Source: Spirochaetales bacterium (GTDB taxonomy: Bacteria > Spirochaetota > Spirochaetia > JABEVK01). From it: a stretch of DNA of 64,000 nucleotides. Position numbers and translations under genes: made by a program. The notes below the pieces were generated by a model. That model was not told the DNA's origin, did not search any database, and saw only the letters and a list, made by a program, of their open reading frames with translations. Every line of letters starts with the position of its first letter. Position 1 is the stretch's first letter. The stretch spans positions 32,001 to 96,000 of the forward strand of contig JBAXAI010000011.1 of NCBI GenBank assembly GCA_037142615.1, read 5' to 3'. Shown here one piece after another: positions 35,230 to 46,400 of this stretch.

Positions 35230-36447
35230 ATGGGTGTGGCTATCCCCCTGCGGGAAAGAACGTCGGAAGAACTCTTGACGTCGCTGCTTGCTCTGGCCAA
35301 GGGCCACTCCGTTCTTTATGTCGATGACCATCGGGTGGCGTGCGCCGACATCAAAGGCATGCTGGAGTCGGTGTTCACCCGGGTCGTTTCGGTCGAAACT
35401 GCCGCCGCCGCGCGCGAGGTGTTCGCCCTTGAGCCCTTCGCGCTGGTGATCACCGAACTGCTCCTACCCGATGCCAAGGGCCTTGACTTGATCACTGACC
35501 TGTGGGCAAGCCAGCCGCGACAGGCTTTCCTCGTCACGTCGAACTCGAGCCGGGCCGACGATCTGATCCCCCTGTTCAATTTGGGAATCGGCAGCTTTGT
35601 CCTCAAGCCCCTGAACTGGCGCCTGTTTCTGGGGTTGCTCCACCGGGAGCTGGCCTCGGCACAAGCGCTGCGCGAAGAAAACCGCTACCAGGAGCGCCTC
35701 GAAGCCGAGGTGCGCGAGCGTACGTCCCAATTGCAGGCCAGTCAGGGCCAAGTGCTTCGCTTGCAGGGAGCCAAAGACACGATGCTGAGCCTGATCAGCC
35801 ACGAACTTCGCACGCCGCTGAATGGAATTCTGGGGTTTTTGGAGCTCGTCAAAATGGACCCGACCTCGGCCGACGTGGGAGAGTTCTTGGGGCAGATCGA
35901 AACCTCTGCGCATCGCCTGGAACGGTCGGCGGTGAGAATCCTGGACTACGCCTCGGCTTCCTCGGGGACCAGCGCTTCCCAATTGGGCCTCTACCCGCTG
36001 GCGGACCTGCTCGCCCTGGCCCGGGCGGCCCTGCGTGAGGGGATGGGCGAGTTGCTCGAGATCCGCTGGGCGACCGGGGCGGCCGGCGCCGACCTGCGCA
36101 CCGACCGCGACCTCGCCGTCGAAGTGTTCCGCAGTCTGCTCGAAAACACCGCGAAGTACGCCGCGCACCCGACTGCCGTCGTTCAGGTGTCGTTGGTGCA
36201 GGAAACCAACTGGACCTTCGTTACCCTGCGCGATGATGGGCCCGGCTTCCCGCCAACCCTCCTGGGGACGGAGTTCGCTCCCTTCAGTTCGGGCAACGTG
36301 ATGCATCACAAGGAAGGACTGGGCCTTGGGCTGGCCTTGGTCGATGTCCTCATGCTCGGCCTGGGTGGCTTGGTCGAGGCGCGTAACCCCGAACACGGCG
36401 GCGCTGAGCTGCGGCTCAGGTTCCCTTCGTATAAATCTAGATCATAA
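35230..36447 (+). CDS. Hybrid REC-histidine kinase
   Basis: VLYVDD, KP, SHELRTPLNG, DDGPGF, GLGLGL. Confidence 0.88.
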   Translation: MGVAIPLRERTSEELLTSLLALAKGHSVLYVDDHRVACADIKGMLESVFTRVVSVETAAAAREVFALEPFALVITELLLPDAKGLDLITDLWASQPRQAFLVTSNSSRADDLIPLFNLGIGSFVLKPLNWRLFLGLLHRELASAQALREENRYQERLEAEVRERTSQLQASQGQVLRLQGAKDTMLSLISHELRTPLNGILGFLELVKMDPTSADVGEFLGQIETSAHRLERSAVRILDYASASSGTSASQLGLYPLADLLALARAALREGMGELLEIRWATGAAGADLRTDRDLAVEVFRSLLENTAKYAAHPTAVVQVSLVQETNWTFVTLRDDGPGFPPTLLGTEFAPFSSGNVMHHKEGLGLGLALVDVLMLGLGGLVEARNPEHGGAELRLRFPSYKSRS

Positions 36448-36518
36448 AAATAAATAGGCCCACCAAACCCTAGACACGGACGTCCGATAAACGGAGGATC
36501 AGGGAGGACGTATCCCCC

Positions 36519-38651
36519 ACGAAGAACACCATCAAGATCACCGGTTCCCTCGTTGCCGCGCTACTGCTGATCCTTGCCGTTCTGGCGGTTTCGTTTGCGG
36601 CGTACAACCGGATCGTGCTCGAAGGGGTGGCGCGTGACCACACCAGTGCTGTCATCCACCTGGCCGACGATTGGCTGATGTCGCTCATCGACGCCGAAAC
36701 CGGACAGCGGGGGTACGCCCTCACCGGGGCCGAGACCTTTCTGCAGCCTTACCTGGCAGTGAAAGACACCATTGCCGAAAAAACCGACAACCTGATCCGG
36801 TTGACACAGGATCCCGGGGCCAAGGACCTGCTCAAGACCCTGGCTCCGGTTGTGAACGAAAAAATGGCCGAACTGGCTTTCGTGGTTGAGCTTCGCCGGG
36901 CGGGCGATGCCAAGGCCGTCGCCGCACGCGTGTCCGAGGGTCAGGGCAAGCGGTTGATGGATCAAATCCGTTCGGGAATGGCCAGCTTCGCGGTGATCGA
37001 GCAGGACCTTCTGGCCACTCACAACAAGGAGTTTGAGGCCGGAATGGGGACCTTGTTCCTGCTGATCGCGGGAACCAGCCTTTTGGCGCTGCTGTTTGCC
37101 TTTTCGTTCGCCTATTTTGTGCTCCGCGAAACACAGTTCCGGCTACGGACGTCGGCCTTGGCCGAGTCGGAACGTCAACTCACCGTGCAGGAAAACCTCA
37201 CCGAGCAACTTTCGGTCACCTTGCGTTCGATCGGCGACGCTGTGTTGACCACCGACGCCGAGGGCCGCGTCACGCTGCTCAATCCCCTCGCCGAAACGTT
37301 GACCGGCTGGAGCCAGGACCAAGCCGTCGGTCGACAGGTCGACGATGTCTTTGTCATTATCAACCAGGACACGCGGCTGCCGGTGGCGATCCCCGTGCGG
37401 GAAGTCCTCGCCAAGGGAACCATCCAAGGGCTGGCAAACCACACCGTTCTGCTGGCCCGCAACGGCTCGGGAGAATGCCCCATCGCCGACAGTTGCGCCC
37501 CTATCCGCGACAGCCGAGGCGCGGTGATCGGCTCGGTGTTGGTGTTCCGCGATGTTTCCCGTGAGTACGCCGACCAACTGGCCCTGCGCAACAACGCGGC
37601 CATTATTCAGGCCATCCTCGACACGGTTCCCGACGGCATCCTGACCGTGGTGGCCGCCGACGGCCGCATCGTGACGGCCAACCCGGCGGCCCGCGCCATT
37701 TTCGGCTTCGGCGCGCGGGAAATGGAAGGCCTGGGCATGGCTCAGATTCTGCCCGGCCTCGACTGGGGGCGAACCAAGGAAGGTGCCAAGTTCCCGGTCG
37801 AAATGGCCACCAGCGAAATGTGGCTCGACGGCGAGCTCCACCTGACCTGCATCGTGCGCGACATTTCGGCCCGGCGCGAAATCGAGTCGGGCCTCGAAAA
37901 AAGCCACGAAGAGCTGCGAGTGGTCTCGGCCGAGCTGAAGCGGGCCGCCGAGGCCAAGTCAACGTTTTTGGCGAACATGTCGCACGAACTGAGAACACCG
38001 CTCAACTCGATCAACGGGTTCTCGGAGGTGCTCTCGGACGAGACGTTTGGTCCGCTGAACCCCAAGCAGCGCAAGTACGTGGCCAACGTGCTCACCAGCG
38101 GCAAGCACCTACTGCTGCTGATCAATCAGATCCTCGATGTCGCCCGAATCGAGTCGGGAAAAATGACGTTGCAGCGCACGACGGTTTCGCTCAACAGTTT
38201 GCTGTCCGAAATCCTCGAACTGGTGTCCGACATGGTCGACAAGAAGGGCCTGCAGTTGTCGGTCGAAGGAATCGACGAACTTCCCGACCTCCACATTGAT
38301 GAGCTGAAGATCAAGCAAGTGGTGTACAACCTGCTTTCCAACGCGGTCAAGTTCACCCCGAACGGCGGCAATATCGGTCTGCGGGCCAAAAAAACCGCTC
38401 GCAACGTCGAAGTGTTTGTATGGGACACCGGCGTAGGCATCGCCGACGAGAACATGGAGAAGATCTTCGAGGGGTTTTTCCGGGTCGATACGCCGTACTC
38501 GCGCGTGACCGAGGGCACCGGGCTGGGCCTGCCGCTGTCGAGAAAGATGGTCGAACTGCACGGCGGCAAACTGACCGTCGAATCCCGAGGTCTGGGCTTG
38601 GGCACCTCGGTGAAGTTCACGCTGCCGTTCGAACCCGCTGAGAAATCCTGA
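36519..38651 (+). CDS. CHASE3-PAS-PAS histidine kinase
   Basis: DAETGQRGY..TG..FLQPY (CHASE3), TLRSIGDAV (PAS), MSHELRTPL. The frame is open upstream of GTG 36615 and encodes TM1; start uncertain. Confidence 0.9.
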   Translation, partial: TKNTIKITGSLVAALLLILAVLAVSFAAYNRIVLEGVARDHTSAVIHLADDWLMSLIDAETGQRGYALTGAETFLQPYLAVKDTIAEKTDNLIRLTQDPGAKDLLKTLAPVVNEKMAELAFVVELRRAGDAKAVAARVSEGQGKRLMDQIRSGMASFAVIEQDLLATHNKEFEAGMGTLFLLIAGTSLLALLFAFSFAYFVLRETQFRLRTSALAESERQLTVQENLTEQLSVTLRSIGDAVLTTDAEGRVTLLNPLAETLTGWSQDQAVGRQVDDVFVIINQDTRLPVAIPVREVLAKGTIQGLANHTVLLARNGSGECPIADSCAPIRDSRGAVIGSVLVFRDVSREYADQLALRNNAAIIQAILDTVPDGILTVVAADGRIVTANPAARAIFGFGAREMEGLGMAQILPGLDWGRTKEGAKFPVEMATSEMWLDGELHLTCIVRDISARREIESGLEKSHEELRVVSAELKRAAEAKSTFLANMSHELRTPLNSINGFSEVLSDETFGPLNPKQRKYVANVLTSGKHLLLLINQILDVARIESGKMTLQRTTVSLNSLLSEILELVSDMVDKKGLQLSVEGIDELPDLHIDELKIKQVVYNLLSNAVKFTPNGGNIGLRAKKTARNVEVFVWDTGVGIADENMEKIFEGFFRVDTPYSRVTEGTGLGLPLSRKMVELHGGKLTVESRGLGLGTSVKFTLPFEPAEKS

Positions 38652-38652
38652 A

Positions 38653-39035
38653 ATGGCACGCCGGGTCGTCGTGGTCGATGACAACGCGAACAACCTCGAA
38701 CTCGAGGTCGACCTGTTTGAAGTGGCAGGCTTCGAGGTTTTTGCGGCCATTGACGGCGAATCCGCACTCGAAATGGTCCAAAGGGAACTCCCCGACGTCG
38801 TCGTGCTCGATGTCCGGCTTCCGGGCCTGAGCGGCATCGAAGTGGCCACTGCCCTCCGGCTCGACGGCCGGACCCGGGGTATTCCGATTGTGTTTGTCAC
38901 CGCTTCGGTGATGGCCGACGGCCGCGACTTGATCGCGTCGATTGCCCGCTGCGGGTTCATCGGCAAACCGATCAACACCCGCACGTTTGTGGCCGAAGTC
39001 AGCGCCTATTTTCTGCAAAAGGAGGGGGGACAAGC

Positions 39036-39039
<4 letters not shown>
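38653..39039 (+). CDS. Single-domain response regulator (DivK/CheY-like)
   Basis: VVDD, LDVRLP, VTAS, KPI. Confidence 0.9.
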
Positions 39040-40195
<1,156 letters not shown>

Positions 40196-40199
<4 letters not shown>

Positions 40200-40573
40200 A
40201 CAAGACTGCGCTTGTCGTGGACGACAACCAGAACAACCTCCTGCTCGAAAAAGACTTGCTCGAAGTCGCCGGCTTCAAAGTGCTCGAGGCCACCACCGGG
40301 GAGTCCGGGATCGCCATGGCCCGCCGCGAGCGCCCCGACCTGGTGATCATGGACGTGCGCCTGCCCGACATGCGGGGCTCGGTGGCGGCCAAGATTTTGC
40401 GGCAGGGCCCCTACCCGTACGAAGGCACCATCATCTTTGTCACGGCCTCGGTGCTTGCCGAAGGCCGTAAGGAGCTGGAGGACATCGTCAACACCGGGTT
40501 CATCGGCAAACCGATCAATACGCGAACCTTTGCTCGGGAAGTCCTTCAGTACTGCGGCGGTCAGCTCTCATGA
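40196..40573 (+). CDS. Single-domain response regulator
   Basis: VVDD, MDVRLP, VTAS, KPI. Confidence 0.9.
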
Positions 40574-41715
40574 AAGAACACCCGCTGATCCTCGTTGTCG
40601 ATGACACCTCACAAAACGTAGACCTGCTCGAGGCCCACCTGCTCCCCTTCGGCTACGAGGTGATCAAGGCCTCGAGCGGGGCGCAGGCGCTCGAAATCCT
40701 CGCCACCCAGGCCATCGACCTCGTGCTCCTCGACGTCATGATGCCCGGCCTGGATGGGTTTCAGGTGACCAAGAAAATCCGGGTTCAGCCCAAGTTCCGA
40801 CTGCTGCCCATCGTGCTGGTCACGGCCCTGCGCGACACCGACGACCGCGTGCTGGGCATCGAAGCCGGGTGCGACGATTTCATTTCCAAGCCGGTCGAAA
40901 AGGCAGAATTGCTGGCCCGTGTGAAAGCCCTGCTCGAGGTCAAATCGTACAACGACCTGATGAGCCGGTACCGCGAGGCGTTGGAAAGCGAGGTAGCCCA
41001 GCGCACCGCCGAGCTTTCGCAGGCCTTGGCCAAGGTGAAGGCCTCGAGCCTCGACACCATCATGCGCCTGACGCTGGCAGCCGAGTACCGCGACGGCGAG
41101 ACCGGTGCCCACGTGCAGCGCATGAGCCGCTACGCGGTCGCGATTGCCCGGCAAATGGGCCTGGACGAAGTGGCGCTGGAACAGCTGCTCCATGCGGCCC
41201 CGATGCACGATTTGGGCAAAATCGGCGTGCCCGACGAGATTCTCCTCAAGGCGGGCCAACTCGACCCGCTGGAATGGGAGATCATGAAGAAGCACACCCT
41301 GATCGGTGCCAGCATCTTGGCGCAGGCCGAGACGGACTTTTTCCAGATGGTCGAGACGATCGCGCTGTGCCACCACGAAAAGTGGGACGGCAGTGGCTAT
41401 CCGCAGGGCCTGAGCGGCACGCAGATCCCCCTGGTGGGCCGCATCATCGCGGTCGCCGACGTGTTCGACGCGCTCACCAGCCAACGGCCCTACAAGGCGG
41501 CCTTTTTGGTCGATGAGGCCTTGGCTATCATGCGCGACGGACGCGGTTCGCACTTCGATCCGCAGGTGTGCGACGCCTTCTTCGCCTGCCTCGACGAAAT
41601 CCTCACGATCAAGTCGAACTTCAGCATCAAGACCATGGCCACCGTGCGGGTCGCTGGACTCAAGGAATTGATCGAGCGCTACGCCGAGGGAAAGGCGCCC
41701 GACGCCCTACGGTAA
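40570..41715 (+). CDS. REC-HD-GYP c-di-GMP phosphodiesterase (RpfG-like)
   Basis: ETGAHVQR, MHDLGKIG, HHEKWDGSGYP, ADVFDAL. Confidence 0.93.
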   Translation: MKEHPLILVVDDTSQNVDLLEAHLLPFGYEVIKASSGAQALEILATQAIDLVLLDVMMPGLDGFQVTKKIRVQPKFRLLPIVLVTALRDTDDRVLGIEAGCDDFISKPVEKAELLARVKALLEVKSYNDLMSRYREALESEVAQRTAELSQALAKVKASSLDTIMRLTLAAEYRDGETGAHVQRMSRYAVAIARQMGLDEVALEQLLHAAPMHDLGKIGVPDEILLKAGQLDPLEWEIMKKHTLIGASILAQAETDFFQMVETIALCHHEKWDGSGYPQGLSGTQIPLVGRIIAVADVFDALTSQRPYKAAFLVDEALAIMRDGRGSHFDPQVCDAFFACLDEILTIKSNFSIKTMATVRVAGLKELIERYAEGKAPDALR

Positions 41716-41766
41716 CGTGAACTCCCCAAGGGACTTTTCGTCCCCTGGGTTCCATTGCAGTTCACG
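41716..41766. terminator. Nested stem-loop between convergent genes
   Basis: Outer arms CGTGAACT/AGTTCACG around an inner CCCAAGGGAC/GTCCCCTGGG hairpin. Confidence 0.5.
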
Positions 41767-41792
41767 CGGCTCAACCTTGCGTTGGCGGCTGG

Positions 41793-43154
41793 TTACAGGC
41801 CTTCGGTGGCCAATTCGATGGCCACGCGCCGGTTCTTCCACCGGTTGGCGGGGTCGTCAAAGGGCGCCAGCGGCTCAAGGGCTCCCACACCTTGGGTCAA
41901 CATGCCTGCACCCGAAAGGCCGAGGCCGACAAGGGCCTTGCGCACGGTTTCGGCACGGGCCAACGACAGCGGCAGCAAGGTCTCGCTCTGCTCGAAGGCC
42001 GCCTTGGCCGCGTCGTAATACAGCACCTGGTTGGCGTGCCCGACAACCGTCACCGCTGTGCCGGGGGACTGCATCAAAAGGGCGGCCAACTGCGACAGCG
42101 AACTGTGGTTCAAGGCGTCCAGCTCGGGCGAAGTGGCTTCCAGATCGGCCGTGTTCGGGGCAAACCACACGGGCAAAGCCGCCAATAACTGACCGTCAAG
42201 ACTCACGGTGACCTCCAGCGGATGCTGTTGCACGCTCGGCTCCGGCGTAATGACGACAACCTCAGTAACCGTCGGGGGAGCCTCGGTTCCGGGTGCCGTC
42301 TCGGCGACCACGACCGGTTCCGGGCCCACAATGGCGAGGCCGCCGACCAGCAGGCCTCGGTTTCCGTAGCGCGAAAACACTTCGGCCTGCAGACGATAAG
42401 TGGTTCCTGCCTCAAGCTGTGCGTTGTTCAGGGCGCGGCCGTCCCAGACCACCGTGTTTTGCCGGTGTTCTTCGCTGATAAAGTCACGGAACAGGCGTCC
42501 GTCAGGGTGCAAGACTCCCAGCCGCCAGGTGGCCCAGCCGGTGCCGCCCGAAACCACCTGCAACTGGATCGTAACCAGGAACTCGGGGTTCACCAAAATA
42601 TTGGCTGACACCAGGCGAAACGGCTGCGGGGTCACGGTGATGGTTCCCGAGGGCGGCACAATGTCGACCCAGAACGCCGAGCTCGGCGCTGCGGTCGCCA
42701 CTTGGCCCGAAAGGTCGGTCCACGAAAGTACGGCGTGGTAGCTGCCTTGCTCAACCAACTGTCCGGCATCGTCACGGCCGTTCCAGGCGACCCCTGGCGT
42801 AGCCTTTTCGCCGGCCAGGCTGCGAACAACCCTGCCACCGGCGTCGGCGAAGTCCAACTGCCAGCGGGAGACCTGCGAAGGCTCGCCCCAGCGGAAGCTC
42901 AAAAACAGTTCGTTACCGGGGGCCTGGGCCTTGGGCGAAAAGCCGTCGGTCAGAATCTCGACCCTGCTCTGGGCCGGTTCCTGAACGAGCGCGACGGGCT
43001 CTGGCAGTGCAACGGGAGTGGTCACGGGCTCCACGATCGGGGCGACGATGGCGACAGGTACGTCGGCAACGACGGGTGCCGGCGGGGCCGAACTCTGGCA
43101 CGAGCCCAGTGCAACGAGAAGTACAAGCGCCCCAAAACGAAGGATGGTGTTCAT
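41793..43154 (-). CDS. OmpA-family lipoprotein with FlgD Ig-like domains
   Basis: Lipobox ALGSC, FSP..WNGRDDAG, WDG repeats, VVGHAN...LSLARAETV...NRRV. Confidence 0.88.
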   Translation of the reverse strand: MNTILRFGALVLLVALGSCQSSAPPAPVVADVPVAIVAPIVEPVTTPVALPEPVALVQEPAQSRVEILTDGFSPKAQAPGNELFLSFRWGEPSQVSRWQLDFADAGGRVVRSLAGEKATPGVAWNGRDDAGQLVEQGSYHAVLSWTDLSGQVATAAPSSAFWVDIVPPSGTITVTPQPFRLVSANILVNPEFLVTIQLQVVSGGTGWATWRLGVLHPDGRLFRDFISEEHRQNTVVWDGRALNNAQLEAGTTYRLQAEVFSRYGNRGLLVGGLAIVGPEPVVVAETAPGTEAPPTVTEVVVITPEPSVQQHPLEVTVSLDGQLLAALPVWFAPNTADLEATSPELDALNHSSLSQLAALLMQSPGTAVTVVGHANQVLYYDAAKAAFEQSETLLPLSLARAETVRKALVGLGLSGAGMLTQGVGALEPLAPFDDPANRWKNRRVAIELATEGL

Positions 43155-43300
43155 GATGACCTCTTGAGACCAACATACATTCATTAGAAGAGTACGTCTA
43201 GTATTAATGAAGGCATTTATGATTTCTCTAGATATTTTCTAATTAGTCTTCCTTCACGAATCTTATAAAATGTGCTATGTTGGGAAGTGGAGGGGCCAAC

Positions 43301-43990
43301 ATGCGAGTCCTTGTGGTAGAAGACGAAGCGGGAATCCGTGAGTTGCTGGTCCGAGGGCTGAGCGAGGACGCCCACGAGGTGACAACGGCGGTGACGGCCG
43401 AAAGCGCCATGGGCCTGGTGTCAGAACGCGCCTTTGAGGCGTACCTGCTCGACATCACGCTGCCGGGGCTCTCGGGCAACGAACTGTGCCGGTGGCTGCG
43501 CGATCAAGGTTGCAAACAACCGATCTTGATGCTGACGGCACGATCCACCCTCGATGACAAATTGCTGGGTCTCGACTCCGGAGCCGACGACTACCTGACC
43601 AAGCCCTTCGAAATCGCCGAGGTGCGGGCCAGGCTCAAGGCGTTCCAGCGCAAGAGTCAGGGCTACCCCCGTTCGACGGTGACCGTTGCCGATCTGGTGC
43701 TCGATCCCAACCAGCGCACGGCTGCCCGTGGCGGGGTCGACCTGGACCTTTCCAAAAAGGAGTTCCAACTGTTGGAGTACCTGGCTCGCAACCACGACCG
43801 GGTTGTCAGCCGCTCCATGATCGCTCAGGCCGTTTGGAACTCCGAGACCAATTTGTACACCAACGTCATCGACGTCTTTGTCGCCTACCTGCGCAAGAAG
43901 GTCGACACCGACCAACAGCTCAAACTCATCCACACCGTGCGGGGCAAGGGCTTCGTGCTGTCGGAACAACAACCGGGAGCCAAGCCGTGA
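43301..43990 (+). CDS. OmpR family response regulator (CusR/MprA-like)
   Basis: VVED, GADDYLTKPF, NVIDVFVAYLRKK, TVRGKG. Confidence 0.95.
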   Translation: MRVLVVEDEAGIRELLVRGLSEDAHEVTTAVTAESAMGLVSERAFEAYLLDITLPGLSGNELCRWLRDQGCKQPILMLTARSTLDDKLLGLDSGADDYLTKPFEIAEVRARLKAFQRKSQGYPRSTVTVADLVLDPNQRTAARGGVDLDLSKKEFQLLEYLARNHDRVVSRSMIAQAVWNSETNLYTNVIDVFVAYLRKKVDTDQQLKLIHTVRGKGFVLSEQQPGAKP

Positions 43991-45378
43991 GTTCGTGGCT
44001 CTCGATCACGGGCCGCCTCTATTTGGGCTTTTTGGTCCTGCTGATTCTGGCGCTGGGCATTCTCGGAACCGTTTCGGCCTTCTGGTTCTCGAGCCAGCAA
44101 TCGGCCAGTCTTGACCAGTTTCTGGAAGCCGAGGCCCGGGGGGTCGCCGACCGGTTGGAAGTGTTTTCTAATCCTGCCGAACGTGAGCAGGTGCTGGCGG
44201 GCCTGGTAGAGCAAAGGCTCAACCGACCACGGCCCTACAAGACCACGCTGCTGCTGCTCGATCAAAACCACAACGTGCTCCTTCAGTCCAACAAGGCTCT
44301 CGACCTCGCAAGGCGGCTACCCGGCCTGCGCGCTGGCGAAAGTGTGCTCGAAGACGTGATGGACTCCGGTTCGCCTTACCGCGTCATCTCGGCCACTTAC
44401 TCGCTGGGGGGCGGTCAGGTGGGGATGTTCCGCATCGCCTGCCTGCTTTCGAGCCTCGACGCCGCTCTGCTGAGTTTCTTTTCGAGCCTGGCCGTGGTCT
44501 TGGGCGGAAGTTTTTTGCTGCTGTCGGTGTTGGCGCTGGGCTTGCTGCGCCTCACCCTGGGACCGGTGAACGCCATGGCCCTCGCTGCCGGTTCCATTTC
44601 CGAGAAGGACCTTGGCGCCCGCCTTCCGGTGCCGCCGGGTCGTGACGAACTGGCCCGGCTCGCCACCACGTTCAACAGCCTGCTGGCCCGGCTCGAAGCC
44701 GACTACGCGTTTCAGGAACGCCTGGTGAGCGAGCTGACACACCAGCTCAAGACGCCGTTGACCATCCTTCGCGGGCGCAACGAACTGGGTTTGACCACCC
44801 GCCGGGAACAGACCGAGCTCCGTGAACTGCTGGAAGATAACGTCGCCGACATCGATGCGGTGGTGAATCTGCTCAACACCCTGTTGGAACTGGCGCGCCT
44901 GGATAGCCGCATCGACCGGTTAGCCACGGCGCCTGTGGCCCTGCGGCCCTTCCTCGAGGAACTGAGTGACGAGATGACCCCCCTTTGGCTGGCCCGTAAC
45001 CTGAACTTCTCGCTGCAAGGTGAAGACGTGGTCGTGGCCGCCGATCGCGAGGCGCTGAGGCAGGTGTTTCTCAACCTGTACGACAACGCCTGCAAGTTCG
45101 CCACACAAGGTGGTCGGCTCACCACGTCGTGGGCCCAAGTCGGCGCCGAGGTGACGATCGTCGTGACGAACGACGGCCCGTCGATTCCCGAGGCCGAGCT
45201 GGAACTGGTCTTTCGTCGCTTTTTCCGTTCGGGCACTGTGGATCAAGACCACCCGGGGTCGGGTTTGGGGCTGAGCATCGTGCGCAGTCTGGTGCACCTG
45301 CACGGGGGCAGCATCCGGGCCTACACCCCGGCGCAGGGTGGCGCGGCGTTTGAAATGCGCTGGCCGGTGGCGTCATGA
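43987..45378 (+). CDS. HAMP sensor histidine kinase
   Basis: Two TM helices, DELARLATTFN, THQLKTPL, NLYDNA, GSGLGL. Confidence 0.93.
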   Translation: MSSWLSITGRLYLGFLVLLILALGILGTVSAFWFSSQQSASLDQFLEAEARGVADRLEVFSNPAEREQVLAGLVEQRLNRPRPYKTTLLLLDQNHNVLLQSNKALDLARRLPGLRAGESVLEDVMDSGSPYRVISATYSLGGGQVGMFRIACLLSSLDAALLSFFSSLAVVLGGSFLLLSVLALGLLRLTLGPVNAMALAAGSISEKDLGARLPVPPGRDELARLATTFNSLLARLEADYAFQERLVSELTHQLKTPLTILRGRNELGLTTRREQTELRELLEDNVADIDAVVNLLNTLLELARLDSRIDRLATAPVALRPFLEELSDEMTPLWLARNLNFSLQGEDVVVAADREALRQVFLNLYDNACKFATQGGRLTTSWAQVGAEVTIVVTNDGPSIPEAELELVFRRFFRSGTVDQDHPGSGLGLSIVRSLVHLHGGSIRAYTPAQGGAAFEMRWPVAS

Positions 45379-46355
45379 TCGACAAACAGTTGCGCGTTTC
45401 CGGTTGGATCACCGACCTGATCATCAAGGCCAAGAGCGAGGCCAAGTACCTCGAAAGTGTGCGCAAAGCTAAGGGTGGCATGAAAATCTTGGCCGGTAAG
45501 CCGCTCAAGGGAGCCGATTGCCGCGAGGTCCAGGTGCCCCGCAGCGGCGGTGACGGCTCGGGCGGGACCCTCCGCGCCCGCGTGTACCGGCCTTTGGTCG
45601 CGAACGGAGCGCCTCGGCCGGGCCCATTGCCCGCCCTAGTCTGGCTTCACGGGGGTGGCTACGCCATCGGAGTGCCCGAGCTCGACCACGCAATGCTCAA
45701 GCGGTTCTTGGTAACGAGCCCCTGCGTGGTGGTGGCACCCGACTACCGGCTATCGATCGACGCACCCTACCCCGCCGCGCTCGACGACGGCTACGACGCC
45801 CTGCTGTGGACCAAGGCCCACGCCACGGAACTCGGGGTAAGCACCGACCAGCTCTTTGTGGGCGGCAACAGCGCCGGGGGAGGCCTGACGGCGGCGCTCA
45901 CGCTGCTCGCCCGCGACCGGGGCGAAGTGAACGTCGCGTTCCAAATGCCGCTCTACCCCATGCTCGACGACCGGATGACCCACCCTTCGGCCGTGAACAA
46001 CACTGCTCCCGTGTGGGACTCGAAGCTTAACCTGTGGGCGTGGAAGCTCTACCTCGGCGACCGGTTCGGCGGTGAAGTACCCGCTTACGCGGCCGCAGCC
46101 CGGGCGACCGACTACCGCGGCTTGCCGCCGACAGCGACCTTTGTCGGCGATCAGGAACCCTTTCTCGACGAAACAGTCGAGTACGTGCGCCGACTGCGCG
46201 AGGCCGGGGTGAGCGTCGACTTCAAAGTGTACCCGGGCTGCTACCACGGTTTTGACGCCGTGGCACCCCAGGCCGACGTCAGCAAACGGGCGCTGGCCTT
46301 TCTGATGGGGGCGTACAAGCGCGCAACGGAAACCTGCTTCGCGGCGCAGCGGTAG
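45375..46355 (+). CDS. Alpha/beta hydrolase (HSL-family esterase)
   Basis: HGGG, GNSAGG, YPMLDDR, HGFD. Confidence 0.93.
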   Translation: MIDKQLRVSGWITDLIIKAKSEAKYLESVRKAKGGMKILAGKPLKGADCREVQVPRSGGDGSGGTLRARVYRPLVANGAPRPGPLPALVWLHGGGYAIGVPELDHAMLKRFLVTSPCVVVAPDYRLSIDAPYPAALDDGYDALLWTKAHATELGVSTDQLFVGGNSAGGGLTAALTLLARDRGEVNVAFQMPLYPMLDDRMTHPSAVNNTAPVWDSKLNLWAWKLYLGDRFGGEVPAYAAAARATDYRGLPPTATFVGDQEPFLDETVEYVRRLREAGVSVDFKVYPGCYHGFDAVAPQADVSKRALAFLMGAYKRATETCFAAQR

Positions 46356-46400
46356 TTCGCTACCCTTGCTCCCCCGGGCCTTGCCCTCTATCCTAGGGCC

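Noticed and set aside
43160-43300. AT-rich gap as an ncRNA or mobile-element scar
   Set aside because: Consistent with an ordinary divergent promoter; only weak imperfect repeats.
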